Source: Eledone cirrhosa (lineage: Eukaryota). From it: 64,000 nt of DNA. Positions 43,796-57,189 of this stretch are shown piece by piece (the stretch's first letter is position 1; the number at the start of each line of letters is the position of its first letter). The notes beneath the pieces are model-generated. The model was given only the letters and a program-made list of their open reading frames with translations, had not been told where the DNA came from and did not search any database. The stretch covers positions 21,948,001 to 22,012,000 of the forward strand of contig OZ024761.1 of the NCBI GenBank assembly GCA_964016885.1, in the 5' to 3' direction. The translations under genes were made by a program, and so were the position numbers.

Positions 43796-44607
43796 CCATA
43801 GGTAGTGTCTTGAATTAGAAATATGGTAATGAAAGGGTTAATGCCATAGGTAGTGTCTTGAATTAGAAATATGGTAATGAAAGGGTTAATGCCATAGGTA
43901 GTGTCTTGAATTAGAAATATGGTAATGAAAGGGTTAATGCCATAGGTAGTGTCTTGAATTAGAAATATGGTAATGAAAGGGTTAATGCCATAGGTAGTGT
44001 CTTGAATTAGAAATATGGTAATGAAAGGGTTAATGCCATAGGTAGTGTCTTGAATTAGAAATATGGTAATGAAAGGGTTAATGCCATAGGTAGTGTCTTG
44101 AATTAGAAATATGGTAATGAAAGGGTTAATGCCATAGGTAGTGTCTTGAATTAGAAATATGGTAATGAAAGGGTTAATGCCATAGGTAGTGTCTTGAATT
44201 AGAAATATGGTAATGAAAGGGTTAATGCCATAGGTAGTGTCTTGAATTAGAAATATGGTAATTGAAAGGGTTAATGCCATAGGTAGTGTCTTGAATTAGA
44301 AATATGGTAATGAAAGGGTTAATGCCATAGGTAGTGTCTTGAATTAGAAATATGGTAATGAAAGGGTTAATGCCATAGGTAGTGTCTTGAATTAGAAATA
44401 TGGTAATGAAAGGGGTTAATGCCATAGGTAGTGTCTTGAATTAGAAATATGGTAATGAAAGGGTTAATGCCATAGGTAGTGTCTTGAATTAGAAATATGG
44501 TAATGAAAGGGTTAATGCCATAGGTAGTGTCTTGAATTAGAAATATGTAATGAAAGGGTTAATGCCATAGGTAGTGTCTTGAATTAGAAATATGGTAATG
44601 AAAGGGT
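43796..44607 (-). repeat. 48-bp minisatellite (~17 units), inverted relative to 2413-3512
   Basis: Minus-strand unit attaaccctttcattaccatatttctaattcaagacactacctatggc; 5 of 48 positions differ from the 2413 unit. Confidence 0.92.
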
Positions 44608-44709
44608 CCGTTTCCATGCAGTGTGTATAGAGTCTGTTTTCCAGGCAGAGGAACATTTTTTTATTATCAGTCAGTTTCACTTCCTTGAATGCTGTTTTTC
44701 TTTTGTTTA

Positions 44710-44768
<59 letters not shown>

Positions 44769-44929
44769 GTTGTTGAACAGGTTTATATTTTTTTGTAGGA
44801 AACCTCTGGTGTACTATGCCACCTATGGAGGTGGTGTAGGTGGTGGTTCTGTTGCCTTGGTTACATCAAGAAATGTTGACAATTATTCAACTAGAAAACA
44901 ATGATCTTTTTGCAAACAGCAAGACTTAT

Positions 44930-45330
44930 GTGGTGTAGTGTGGTGGAGTGTAGGGTGGAGTGGTGGAGTGTAGGGTGGAGTGGTGTGGTGTAGTATAATA
45001 TAGTGTAGGGTGGAGTAGTGTGGTGTAGGTGGTGCAGTGGAGTGGTGTAGAGTGGTGTGGTGTAGGGTAGGGTGGTGTGGTGCAGTGTAGGGTGGTGTGG
45101 TGTGGTGTGGTGTGGTGCAGTGCAGTGCAGTGTAGTGTAGTGTAGGGTGGAGTGGTGTGGTGTAGGGTAGGGTGGTGTGGTGCAGTGTAGGGTGGTGTGG
45201 TGTGGTGTGGTGTGGTGCAGTGCAGTGCAGTGTAGTGTAGTGTAGGTGGAGTGGTGTGGTGTAGGGTAGGGTGGTGTGGTGCGGTGTTAGGGTGGGTGTG
45301 GTGTAGGGTGTGTGTATGTGGTGTGGTGGA
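44930..45330 (+). repeat. Pentamer-based G-rich repeat (GTGTG/GTAGG/GTGCA)
   Basis: Direct inspection. Confidence 0.85.
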
Positions 45331-45718
45331 GACAATGTTATTCTGATATGTATGGTGGTTGATTGACAGAATCAGTGGAGCATCAGACAAAATACCTGTG
45401 GTATTTGTTCTGGCCCTTAGTATTCTGAGTTCAAATCCTGCCAAGGTAACTTTGTCTTTAATTCTTCCAAGGTCAATAAAATAAAGTAGCAGTCATGTAC
45501 TGGGTCAATATAATAGACTTTTCTAAACCCCCCCCCCCCCCCCCCCCCCCCCCTCTCCGCCCTCAACCTCCCCCCACTCCGCAATCAACAGTTGAGAGAC
45601 ACTATTAATTAGTGTCAAGGCAGTCACTCTTCTAACTAAACAACTACCTCGTTCATTTAATTAGAGTAATTAAAAAATATTTATAATTAATCATTTGTAT
45701 TATCTTCACACACACACA

Positions 45719-45776
<58 letters not shown>

Positions 45777-46080
45777 GCATGTCTTAGTGGTTCAGTGAAA
45801 ACAGGCATTGAGAAAATAAGTAGTGGGGTCAATATGATCAACTTAATCAAGTCCGTGCCCCAGCATGGCCACAGTGTAATGACCGAAAGCAGTAGAAGAA
45901 AATAAATGAATATTTTATACATGGTGTGGCTGTGGTCTAGGACCAAGAAGACCAGAGTTAGCTACAGAGGCTCCCTATATATCTACTGAGTGGCCTCCTT
46001 TATTTTAACTAACCCACTGGGTCATTGACGGTGACCAATGTTTCTGGGACATTGGAAACCGAGAGGGTCATATATATATA

Positions 46081-46272
46081 AAACGAAGGAAGTGTGGTAA
46101 GGAACTAGGTGGACCATAACACACCAGAGTACTCGATACTTTTGAGTAGTAGAGTGGGTAATAGGAATAGAGTGAGGACCCCGACTGCTGAGCTCCGCTG
46201 TTTCGACAGTTCTGAACACTAGCTGTCGAACCGGTCAGAGTTCAGCCATCGGGGTCCTGACTCTTTTCCTAT
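46081..46272 (+). repeat. Leader plus foldback hairpin element, copy C (hairpin 46161-46272)
   Basis: Leader ggaccataacacaccagagtactcgatact...gagtagtagagtgggta, then ataggaa...gaccccgac...tttcgacag / ctgtcgaa...tcggggtc...ttcctat; (TA)n on both sides. Confidence 0.85.
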
Positions 46273-46674
46273 ATATATATATATATAATCATCATTATCA
46301 TCATCATCATTTTATGTCTGCTTTTCCTGTTTGCAAGGGTTGTGACATGTCCTTCGTCATCCCCGTTTCATTTGGGTTGTATTCCAGAGTTATGGCAGTA
46401 GTGTGTGGAGGGTAAATAGATTTAAGGTAGTCGAAGTTGATGTTGCAGCATATTTGCAAATTGTAATTGTTTTGATATCTATCGGCTCAGGGTGTCAGGG
46501 CCCAGCTCCTTTTGGGGACACATACACACACACACACATATATAGAGGTCCGATGAGCTTTTGATTCCAGAGTTGGACCAGATTGATACAGATCGAGCTT
46601 GGAGATGATCAATCGCGAAACACCTCAATAAATGTAATGAAGATCTAACACTGTCATTTTATTATTATTTGTAC

Positions 46675-46865
46675 GCGGTGGATTGGCAGTATCAGTAGAG
46701 AGTCGGACGCCATGCTTTTCAGCATAGAGTTACGGCCCTTTACGATCTGAGTTCAAATCTCGCTGAGGTTGACTTTGCCTTTCATCCTTACGGGGTCGAT
46801 AAAATAAAGTACCAGTAATGCACTGGGTAATTGTTGGCCTTGTGCCTAAAGTAGAAACAATTATT
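46675..46865 (+). mobile_element. tRNA-derived SINE family 1, near full length
   Basis: A-box-like tggcagtatcagtag, B-box-like gagttcaaatc, core gactttgcctttcatccttacggggtcgataaaataaagtaccag, tail ggccttgtgcctaaagtagaaacaattatt. Confidence 0.85.
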
Positions 46866-48779
46866 TGTATGTATATATACTGAGAGATGAGGTTATCATA
46901 ATAAAACAATCCCATTAAATTTTAGATAAGGCAATTTCAATTGAATTTGAATTCACCCCAAATAAAAAATCTCGAAAAATAAAAAGATAAACTGGTGTGT
47001 AATGTTTGTTAGAAGTAAATTTGGACATTCCTTTTTTATCTTCTATCTTTTAATATTTACCTTAGAGTGTTGTTTTGTTTGTGTCTGTTTATTTGCCTCT
47101 CTCCCACTCTAGTATTATTATTTAATTAGCTCTACATTAATGGCTTGACTAATTACAGATTTCTGAGGCAATAGTCTGAGCAATATTCTGGCATTGTCCC
47201 AGTGAAAGGAGGCAAAGGTTGTGGTGGTGGGCCTCCAGAAATAAGTAGAGCAAGCAAGCCAGTCAGCCAGCTAGACACAGACATACAGACAGACTGACAG
47301 ACAGGCAAGCCAGACAGACAGACAGCAAGACAGCAAGGCAATGGTTGTGTTTATTTATAGTTGTTCTAATGTAAAGAAGAGATTAAATAAAGTCAGTTAG
47401 GCCAGCCAGCAGTCAGTGATATGGCTAAGTCTTCTCTCTCCCTTCCCATTCTATTCAATAATACAAGAACTGGATGACTTCATCACTTGTACACATTTGT
47501 TGAAAACTGCTCTCATTCCAACTAGTTTATTATAGAAAATTATTTGATAGATGCAGGCATGGCTGTGTGCTAAAACCCCTTTCATAGCAAACTGCCTCAA
47601 CCACTTTTAGCTTTAACATACAAAGCTGGTTATTTTAAAGTCTTCCATAGGGTGCGCCATATTGCCATACTGTGTATCTTGGGCACTTTAAACCTGACAG
47701 AGCCCATCCCTCTCCAGGCCTGAGTAGAGTAGATTTCTTCCAGAGAAGGAGAGGAAGTGAGAAAGAGATATAGAGGAAGAATTGACCCCAGTGCTAGACT
47801 GATACTTTTTTTATCGACCTTGAATTGATGAAAAGCGAACTTAGAGAGCAGAGAGACTGAACGAATACCACAAAGCATTCTATACAACATTCTAATGACT
47901 CTGCCAAAACCACTTATGAGGTTAACCCTTTTGTTGCAAACCCATCCAAAACCAGATATGGAGTTAAACCATTATAAAGGGATCCTCTTTGAATTAAAAA
48001 TCTTCCAACATAATTTTATATAAAACGTTTTCGTTACGTTTGGTTTGCAAATGCTATTTTAATTATGAATATTTAATAATTTAAGTGAACCCTTTTAAAT
48101 TCTTCATTAATTAATTCAAATGCAGTGTTTCAGAGAGAGAGAGAGAGAGAGAGGTGTCGGATAGATTTTTTGGAGAGAGAGAAGGAGAAAAATAGAGATG
48201 GAGAGAAGGGGAGAGAGACAGGTGTCGGATAGATTTTTGGGAGAGAGAGAGAGAATGAGAAAGATAGGAGAGAGAGTGAGAAGGAGAAAAATAGGAGATG
48301 GAGAGAGAGAGAGTGAGAAGGAGAAAGATAGGAGATGGAGAGAGAGAGAGTGAGAAGGAGAAAGATAGGAGAGAGAGAGAGAGAGAGAGTGAGAAGGAGA
48401 AAGATAGGAGAGAGAGAGAGAGTGAGAAGGAGAAAGATAGGAGATGGAGAGAGTGAGAGAGAGAAAGAGAGAGGTGTTGGATAGATTTTTGTATTTGTCA
48501 AAGTTGGATTAATAGAAATTGGTAAACAGATAATGTATTTTAATTTATTGTGGCATAAAAAAAACAAGAGTTCAATGACCTTTAGGTTCAGTATTATTGT
48601 CTAGTGCAGAGGTTCTCATAGTCCCCCCCCCCCATCCCGTGGGGGCGTTGAGAAGGTCTAGGGGGCACTGGGGCCTAAGGGGAGATGGGTGGGTGGGTAG
48701 AGATGATATAATAGTATATTAAATATCAAATGATATTTATTATATATAAATATAGTAAAATAAAAGAACATATAATATT

Positions 48780-49045
48780 TATTTATACATAGTGTATATT
48801 ATATTATTTGTATTTATTTATACATAGTATATATTATTTGTATTTATTTATACATAGTATATAATATATTATTTGTATTTATTTATACATAGTATATAAT
48901 ATATTATTTGTATTTATTTATACATAGTATATAATATATTATTTGTATTTATTTATACATAGTATATAATATATTATTTGTATTTATTTATACATAGTAT
49001 ATAATATATTATTTGTATTTATTTATACATAGTATATATTATATT
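48780..49045 (+). repeat. ~35-bp AT-rich minisatellite
   Basis: Unit tatttatttatacatagtatataatatattatttg. Confidence 0.88.
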
Positions 49046-49396
49046 ATTTATTATATTTAAACGATTTTATTTATTATATATTATTTTTATTTATTATTAT
49101 TATTTACTAATTGTGTTACTCCATTGAACTTGAAACTTTGTCGACATAACTTTCTACAATCTTGTTATCTTGTTCTTCACAATTTTAGACTTTATATTCT
49201 CTCTGTTTAGTTTTAAACTGTTTATATTTATCTAAAAACCTTCTGTCACAGTTTTATGTAAGATCCTATAAGTTATGTTCCACATACCAACTAAACTACA
49301 AGAAAGTTATGTCTAAATCCCTCCAAATTCTTGATTATTTTCTGAATTATTTGAAAACCATAGGCAGTGTTTCATTAGTGATATAGTAAGAAGATG

Positions 49397-50970
49397 ATAT
49401 ATATAGTACTGTAGTAAGATATATATAGTATTGTAGTATTATATATATAGTATTGTAGTAAGATATATATAGTATTGTAGTAAGATATATAGTATTATAT
49501 AGTACTGTAGTAAGATATATATAATATTGTAGTATTATATATATAGTATTGTAGTAAGATATATATAGTATTGTAGTAAGATATATAGTATTATATAGTA
49601 TTGTAGTAAGATATATATAGTATTGTAGTAAGATATATATAGTATTGTAGTAAGATATATAGTATTGTAGTAAGATATATATAGTATTGTAGTAAGATAT
49701 ATATAGTATTGTAGTATTATATATATAGTATTGTAGTAAGATATATATAGTATTGTAGTAAGATATATAGTATTATATAGTATTGTAGTAAGATATATAT
49801 AGTATTGTAGTAAGATATATAGTATTATATAGTATTGTAGTAAGATATATATAGTATTGTAGTAAGATATATATAGTATTGTAGTATTATATATATAGTA
49901 TTGTAGTAAGATATATAGTATTATATAGTATTGTAGTAAGATATATATAGTATTGTAGTAAGATATATATAGTATTGTAGTATTATATATATAGTATTGT
50001 AGTAAGATATATAGTATTATATAGTATTGTAGTAAGATATATATAGTATTGTAGTAAGATATATATAGTATTGTAGTATTATATATATAGTATTGTAGTA
50101 AGATATATAGTACTATATAGTATTGTAGTAAGATATATATAGTATTGTAGTAAGATATATATAGTAGTGTAGTATTATATATATAGTATTGTAGTAAGAT
50201 ATATAGTATTGTAGTAAGATATATATAGTATTGTAGTATTATATATATAGTATTGTAGTAAGATATATAGTATTATATAGTATTGTAGTAAGATATATAA
50301 TATTATATAGTAGTGTAGTATTATATATATAGTATTGTAGTAAGATATATATAGTATTGTAGTAAGATATATATAGTATTGTAGTAAGATATATAGTATT
50401 GTAGTAAGATATATATAGTATTGTAGTAAGATATATAGTATTGTAGTAAGATATATATAGTATTGTAGTAAGATATATAATATTATATAGTAGTGTAGTA
50501 TTATATATATAGTAGTGTAGTAAGATATATATAGTATTGTAGTAAGATATATATAGTATTGTAGTATTATATATATAGTATTGTAGTAAGATATATAATA
50601 TTATATAGTATTGTAGTAAGATATATATAGTATTGTAGTAAGATATATAGTATTATATAGTATTGTAGTATTATATATATAGTATTGTAGTAAGATATAT
50701 ATAGTATTGTAGTAAGATATATATAGTATTGTAGTAAGATATATAGTATTATATAGTATTGTAGTATTATATATATAGTATTGTAGTAAGATATATATAG
50801 TATTGTAGTAAGATATATAGTATTATATAGTATTGTTGTATTATATATATAGTATTGTAGTAAGATATATATAGTATTGTAGTAAGATATATAATATTAT
50901 ATCGTAGTGTAGTATTATATATATAGTATTGTAGTAAGATATATATAGTATTGTAGTAAGATATATATAT
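49397..50970 (+). repeat. ~22-bp AT-rich minisatellite (~1.6 kb) just upstream of the MED13 acceptor at 51040
   Basis: Unit atatatatagtattgtagtaag with variants. Confidence 0.92.
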
Positions 50971-51040
50971 CTTCCATGTTATGTAATGTTTTCTTGAGAT
51001 GAAGGTTGTCATATTTATATTTTTTCCCTGTTATTTCCAG

Positions 51041-51143
51041 AAATTGACAAAGGCTGTTGGGATAAAGATAAAGATAAAGATAATGGCTTATCCTATGAAT
51101 GTCGCACACTTCTCTTCAAAGCACTTCATAATCTTATTGAAAG
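51041..51143 (+). CDS. MED13: MED13/MED13L next coding exon, probably exon 3
   Basis: Acceptor ttatttccag|AA and donor GAAAG|gtaagg; 103 nt. It joins the phase-1 end of 6691-6940 in frame, giving (E)[33 protein letters not shown](R), which matches the MED13 motif [23 protein letters not shown]. The ORF track shows only a different frame here. Confidence 0.95.
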
Positions 51144-51674
51144 GTAAGGACCTTTATATTGTTGTTGCATTTACAAACAGGGGCTTGAGAGGGCTCAGTT
51201 GTGTGAAGGGCACAACAACCTTTCTAGTGTTAGTGACATGATCAAATACACCGTGTACACTCTGTAAAGTGGTTGGTGATAGGGAGGACATCCAGCCGTA
51301 GAAAACTTTCCAAACAAAAGGTCTTAATTAAGGGCTCATGATATATCCAGCCCTTGCTAGAAAGGTGACCATATGATCTCCCCCGCCCCCTCTCAAACAT
51401 TCATTAATTAATTACATCATTATCTAGTTTTTAATTGCTACCGAACAGTTTTGTGTTCATGGCAGAAGTTAGGGAAATGTTATATAAATTGTTTCAGGTT
51501 TTTTGAATATTATTAAAATCCCCATCACTATGTCCCTTTTCTCTCTCTCTCTCTCTCTCAATAGTTTTCAGTGAAAGTGCAGAAAGATAGATATATAGAT
51601 GTGATATTACTAGTTAAAACCAGTAAATACCATTATTCAAGTTAGTAGTAGTAGTCAATACTTGTGATAAGCAG

Positions 51675-51739
<65 letters not shown>

Positions 51740-52261
51740 TTGTGTGTGTAGAGAGAGAGAGTAGGAGCGAGGGAGTTGGGGGGGGGGGGTTGTTCACTGA
51801 CTTTTTAGAGATGTCATTTTGCTGGAATAACCCTCAAGTATGAAGTGGTTAGTGTGTGTCTCCCTCCCTCCTCTCTCTCCATCCCCCAGCTTCTCTCAGG
51901 CTGAATTTAGTAACCATTTACCGAAGGTGTTAGGTTACTGTTGGAAGTTTAAATCTTGTTAGTTTACAGTTTAGAATGAGCTACTGTTGTTGTTGTTGTT
52001 ATTGGTGGTACACTGCTGCTGCTACTACCACCACCACTACTACTACAACATATGCCTGTATATTATATGACCTATCAATATATACATCACCAGCCTCTCT
52101 CACTACACCATCCTCTCCCTCCAGTCCTATTCAACACCCACTTAATTTACAGATGTTAGATATCATCAATGGTGCTAACATGACTTAGGATTTCTACCCA
52201 CTGAGACATTTATATAATATATTGACTTGATTTTTACCAAATACTGTGGTCTTGAATATAT

Positions 52262-52660
52262 ATTGGCAGTGAGACATGGGCATTGTGTGCAGAGGACCTG
52301 CGCAGACTAGAAAGGAACGAAGCTTGCAAGCTCCGTTGGATGTGTAATAGGAATATACGTGAACGGCAAAGCATAATTGAACTAAGTGAGAAATTAGGAA
52401 TAAGAGGGATCAAATGCTGTTTACTTGAGAGAAGACTACGTTGGTATAGTTATGTGATTCGCATGAAAGACGACAGCTGTATAAAAAAGTGCAGGGCAGT
52501 CAAAATTGATGGAAGTTACGGAGTAGGTAGACCCAGAGAAATCTGGGACGATTTCATAAATTCCGACCCGACACACTTGCACCTCTCTAAGACAATGTCA
52601 CTGGACTGAGATCTTTGGCGCTACACAATAATACAGAAGACCCGCCTTGCCTATGTACAA
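52262..52660 (+). mobile_element. RTE-clade LINE 3' fragment, same family as 59700-60265, opposite orientation
   Basis: GSETWALCAEDLRRLERNEACKLRWMC...RRLRWYSYVIRM...GVGRPREIWDD. Confidence 0.88.
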
Positions 52661-52859
52661 AACGAGACCTACAGTCAGTAGGCACCCCTTAACCAAATAT
52701 ACACCCCAATCCACTACCCCTACTCCATCCTCCCACTCCCACCAACACCACCCTCTCTCTGTAAAGTTGGTACCACAACATCCAGTCCAAATAAATGAGG
52801 TCGTGTAGGTGTCACGACAAAAAACCACAGTCCACGCTGTAATGTGGCCGTGTAGGTAA

Positions 52860-53051
52860 CACGGTAAAAACCTCCCAGTCCACACTGTAAATGTGGTTGG
52901 TGTTAGGAAGGGCATCCAGCCGTAGAAAACCTGCCAAACAGTCCTACATGGGCGAGACACGGTCACCCGACCAACCTTGCCTCAAATTGGGACAACTCCC
53001 GTCTAACCCATGCTAGCATGGAAGATAGACGTTAAACGATGATGATGATGA

Positions 53052-53056
<5 letters not shown>
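52860..53056 (+). mobile_element. SINE family 3 with RTE-like (GAT)n tail
   Basis: gtggttggtgttaggaagggcatccagccgtagaaaacctgcc...cccatgctagcatggaa..gacgttaaacgatgatgat. Other copies near 1225-1392(+), 17880-18110(-), 21400-21580(+), 51250-51320(+), 54910-55060(-), 59395-59660(-) and 60560-60710(-). Confidence 0.75.
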
Positions 53057-53133
<77 letters not shown>

Positions 53134-53289
53134 AAAGACCACACAGTATTTGGTAAAAATCAAGTCTATATATGTATATATATGTATATATGTATATATG
53201 TATATGGGATTCCTCCGAAGGGTCCTTGTAGTAATGTTACTCGATTTAGCTCAGAGATCAGAGGGACACTCCAGGTAGAGCCTTCTCCG

Positions 53290-53425
53290 AATTGAGAGAT
53301 TACAGCTCTGGTACTATGTGGTTAGAATGTCCCAGGAAAGAATCACTGGACAGATTTTACAGGCAAAACCAACTGGTAGGAGACCCAGGAGTAGACCCCA
53401 AGCAAGATGGTTGGATAACATCCAT
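53290..53425 (+). mobile_element. Short RTE-like LINE C-terminal fragment
   Basis: Frame reads QLWYYVVRMSQERITGQILQAKPTGRRPRSRPQARWLDNI, resembling LRWxGHVxRM...GxRPRGRPxxRWxD. Confidence 0.6.
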
Positions 53426-53430
53426 GAGCG

Positions 53431-53775
53431 TATTATGTTTACAAGGACCCCATTCCATTGCAGGGTTGTCTGAGGAAGCATTATGTTTACAAGGACCCCA
53501 GTCCATTGCAGGGTTGACTGAGGAAGCATTATGTTTACAAGGACCCCAGTCCATTGCAGGGTTGACTGAGGAAGCATTATGTTTACAAGGGCCCTAGTCA
53601 AGTGCAGGGTTGTCTGAGGAAGCATTATGTTTACAAGGGCCCTAGTCAAGTGCAGGGTTGACTGAGGAAACATTGTTTACAAGGGCCCTAGTCAAGTGCA
53701 GGGTTGACTGAGGAAACATTGTTTACAAGGGCCCTAGTCAAGTGCAAGGTTGACTGAGGAAACATTGTTTACAAG
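53431..53775 (+). repeat. 46-48-bp minisatellite
   Basis: Unit ttatgtttacaaggaccccagtccattgcagggttgactgaggaagca, changing progressively along the array. Confidence 0.9.
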
Positions 53776-54134
53776 CTCAACACCCAAACCACCAGGCCAC
53801 ATGCCTTTACTACAGGCTGTCATTTATTTACAAGAGAAAATAAAAACACTGATAAATTTTATCAACATGTTTGCTTGTTTAACTAACTTCAAATGAACCT
53901 AGCTCCAAATAATTTCAAGCAGTTTCCCCCTTTTAATTATATATTTATAACGAATTAGAAAATAATTAATGTTTATAGCCTGTCTGACTGGAATGAAGGC
54001 TATAAAATGCAATGTTAATGAACACTTACACTGAATATGTGTGCGTGTATATATATATGTGTAAATGCTGACATCATATATATATATCGTAATTATGTTA
54101 TGGTGAATTCTCAACATTAATTTTTCGCTATGCA

Positions 54135-54698
54135 TGTACACACACAGTACACACACAAGCTCACATATACACACAGTACACACACAAGCTCACATATACA
54201 CACAGTACACACACAAGCTCACATGTACACACAGTACACACACAAGCTCACATGTACACACAGTACACACACAAGCTCACATGTACACACAGTACACACA
54301 CAAGCTCACATGTACACACAGTACACACACAAGCTCACATATACACACAGTACACACACAAGCTCACATATACACACAGTACACACACAAGCTCACATGT
54401 ACACACAGTACACACACAAGCTCACATGTACACACAGTACACACACAAACTCACATATACACACAGTACACACACAAGCTCACATGTACACACAGTACAC
54501 ACACAAGCTCACATGTACACACAGTACACACACAAGCTCACATGTACACACAGTACACACACAAGCTCACATATACACACAGTACACACACAAGCTCACA
54601 TATACACACAGTACACACACAAGCTCACATGTACACACAGTACACACACAAGCTCACATGTACACACAGTACACACACAAGCTCACATGTACACACAC
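54135..54698 (+). repeat. 29-bp CA-rich minisatellite
   Basis: Unit cacacagtacacacacaagctcacatgta. Confidence 0.92.
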
Positions 54699-54842
54699 AT
54701 ACCTGGGTTTGGGGCTGTAATAGAAAAAACATTAGGTCATTAGCTTGCTTTGACATATTGAATTAAAACCAGTTTAAAAAACACATTTCTACAATTTTCT
54801 ATAATATACAATATTTAGCAACTGTATATACAATATATATAT

Positions 54843-54902
<60 letters not shown>

Positions 54903-55040
54903 TAGACATCATTATCTTCATCATCATCGTTAAACGTTCATCTTCCACGCTAGCATGGGTTGGACAGCTTTGTCCCACTTGAGGCTTGTATAGAACTTTC
55001 TGGCAGGTTTTCTATAGCTAGATGCCCTTCCTAGCGCCAA

Positions 55041-55407
55041 CCACATTGACAGTGTGGACTGGGAGCCTTTTTACCAGGTCTCCTACATGACCACTTTACA
55101 GTGTGGACTGGGAGCCTTTTTACCAGGTCTCCTACATGACCACTTTACAGTGTGGACTGGGAGCCTTTTTACCAGGTCTCCTACATGACCACTTTACAGT
55201 GTGGACTGGGAGCCTTTTTACCAGGTCTCCTACATGACCACTTTACAGTGTGGACTGGGAGCCTTTTTACCAGGTCTCCTACATGACCACTTTACAGTGT
55301 GGACTGGGAGCCTTTTTACCAGGTCTCCTACATGACCACTTTACAGTGTGGACTGGGAGCCTTTTTACCAGGTCTCCTACATGACCACATTGACAGTGTG
55401 GACTGGA
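55041..55407 (+). repeat. 49-bp minisatellite (7 units) amplified inside a SINE-3 copy
   Basis: Unit gtgtggactgggagcctttttaccaggtctcctacatgaccactttaca; single-copy counterpart on the opposite strand at ~52820-52890. Confidence 0.9.
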
Positions 55408-55489
55408 TGTTCTGTGATACCAACATAACTTAGGTATATTACCATCATGCTAGCGTGGAAGATGGATGTTAAACGATGATGATGACTGT

Positions 55490-56722
55490 AGTGGGACTGT
55501 TATCATCTGTACTGTCCTGGGACTATTACCATCTGTACTGTACTGTACTGGGACTATTACCATCTGTACTGTACTGGGACTATTACCATCTGTACTGTAC
55601 TGGGACTATTACCATCTGTACTGTCCTGGGACTATTACCATCTGTACTGTCCTGGGACTATTACCATCTGTACTGTACTGGGACTATTACCATCTGTACT
55701 GTACTGGGACTATTACCATCTGTACTGTACTGGGACTATTACCATCTGTACTGTACTAGGACTATTACCATCTGTACTGTACTGGGACTATTACCATCTG
55801 TACTGTACTGGGACTATTACCATCTGTACTGTACTGTACTAGGACTATTACCATCTGTACTGTACTGGGACAATTGCTATCTGTACTGTACTGGGACTAT
55901 TACCATCTCTACTGTACTGGGACTATTACCATCTCTACTGTACTGTCCTGGGACTATTACTATCTGTACTGTACTGGGACTATTACCATCTCTACTGTAC
56001 TGTACTGGGACTATTACCATCTCTACTGTACTGGGACTATTACCATCTGTAATGTCCTGGGACTATTACCATCTGTACTGTACTGGGACTATTACCATCT
56101 GTAATGTCCTGGGACTATTACTATCTGTACTGTACTGGGACTATTACCATCTCTACTGTACTGGGACTATTACCATCTGTAATGTCCTGGGACTATTACC
56201 ATCTGTACTGTACTGGGACTATTACCATCTGTACTGTACTGTACTGGGACTATTACCATCTCTACTGTACTGGGACTATTACCATCTCTACTGTACTATT
56301 ACCATCTGTACTGTACTGTACTGGGACTATTACCATCTCTACTGTACTGGGACTATTACTATCTCTACTGTACTGTACTATTACCATCTCTACTGTACTG
56401 GGACTATTACTATCTCTACTGTACTATTACCATCTGTACTGTACTGTCCTGGGACTATTACCATCTATACTGTACTGTACTGGGACTATTACCATCTGTA
56501 CTGTACTGTACTGGGACTATTACCATCTGTACTGTACTGTACTGGGACTATTACCATCTGTACTGTACTGTCCTGGGACTATTACCATCTGTACTGTACT
56601 GTCCTGGGACTATTACCATCTATACTGTACTGTCCTGGGACTATTACCATCTATACTGTACTGTACTGGGACTATTACCATCTGTACTGTACTGTACTGG
56701 GACTATTACCATCTCTACTGTA
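55490..56722 (+). repeat. 26/31-bp minisatellite
   Basis: Unit ctgggactattaccatctgtactgta with a variable number of ctgta pentamers. Confidence 0.92.
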
Positions 56723-56810
56723 TTAAATAGTTATTTTGAGCAGTACTAATTGAAGCCACAGAGAAAGTTCTGGGTATTTACAGTGAAGTGATGCAGTGGT
56801 TGGTGTTAGA

Positions 56811-57070
56811 GAGATGTGAGGGGTGTAATGGTGGGGGAAGATGTGAGGGGTGGAATGGTGGGGGGAGATGTGAAGGGTGGAATGGTGGGGGAAGATGTGA
56901 GGGGTGGAATGGTGGGGGAAGATGTGAGGGGTGTAATGGTGGGGGGAGATGTGAGGGGTGTAATGGTGGGGGGAGATGTGAGGGGTGTAATGGTGGGGGA
57001 AGATGTGAGGGGTGGAATGGTGGGGGGGAGATGTGAGGGGTGTAATGGTGGGGGGAGATGTGAGGGGTGA
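56811..57070 (+). repeat. 27-bp G-rich minisatellite
   Basis: Unit gagatgtgaggggtgtaatggtggggg. Confidence 0.9.
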
Positions 57071-57189
57071 GAGGCTGTCAAGTTCAGTAATGTTATATAA
57101 CAACTAATTATTGGAACTCTGATGTTTACAAAACCTTATTTTTGCTGTGTTAGAGGCAGATAATACATTTATTATGTCAGTGGGCAGTG

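Noticed and set aside
46675-46765. tRNA gene
   Set aside because: The A/B-box head continues into a SINE body and no complete cloverleaf is evident.
50999-51241. 80-aa ORF-track protein
   Set aside because: Wrong frame; the real exon 51041-51143 is in another frame.
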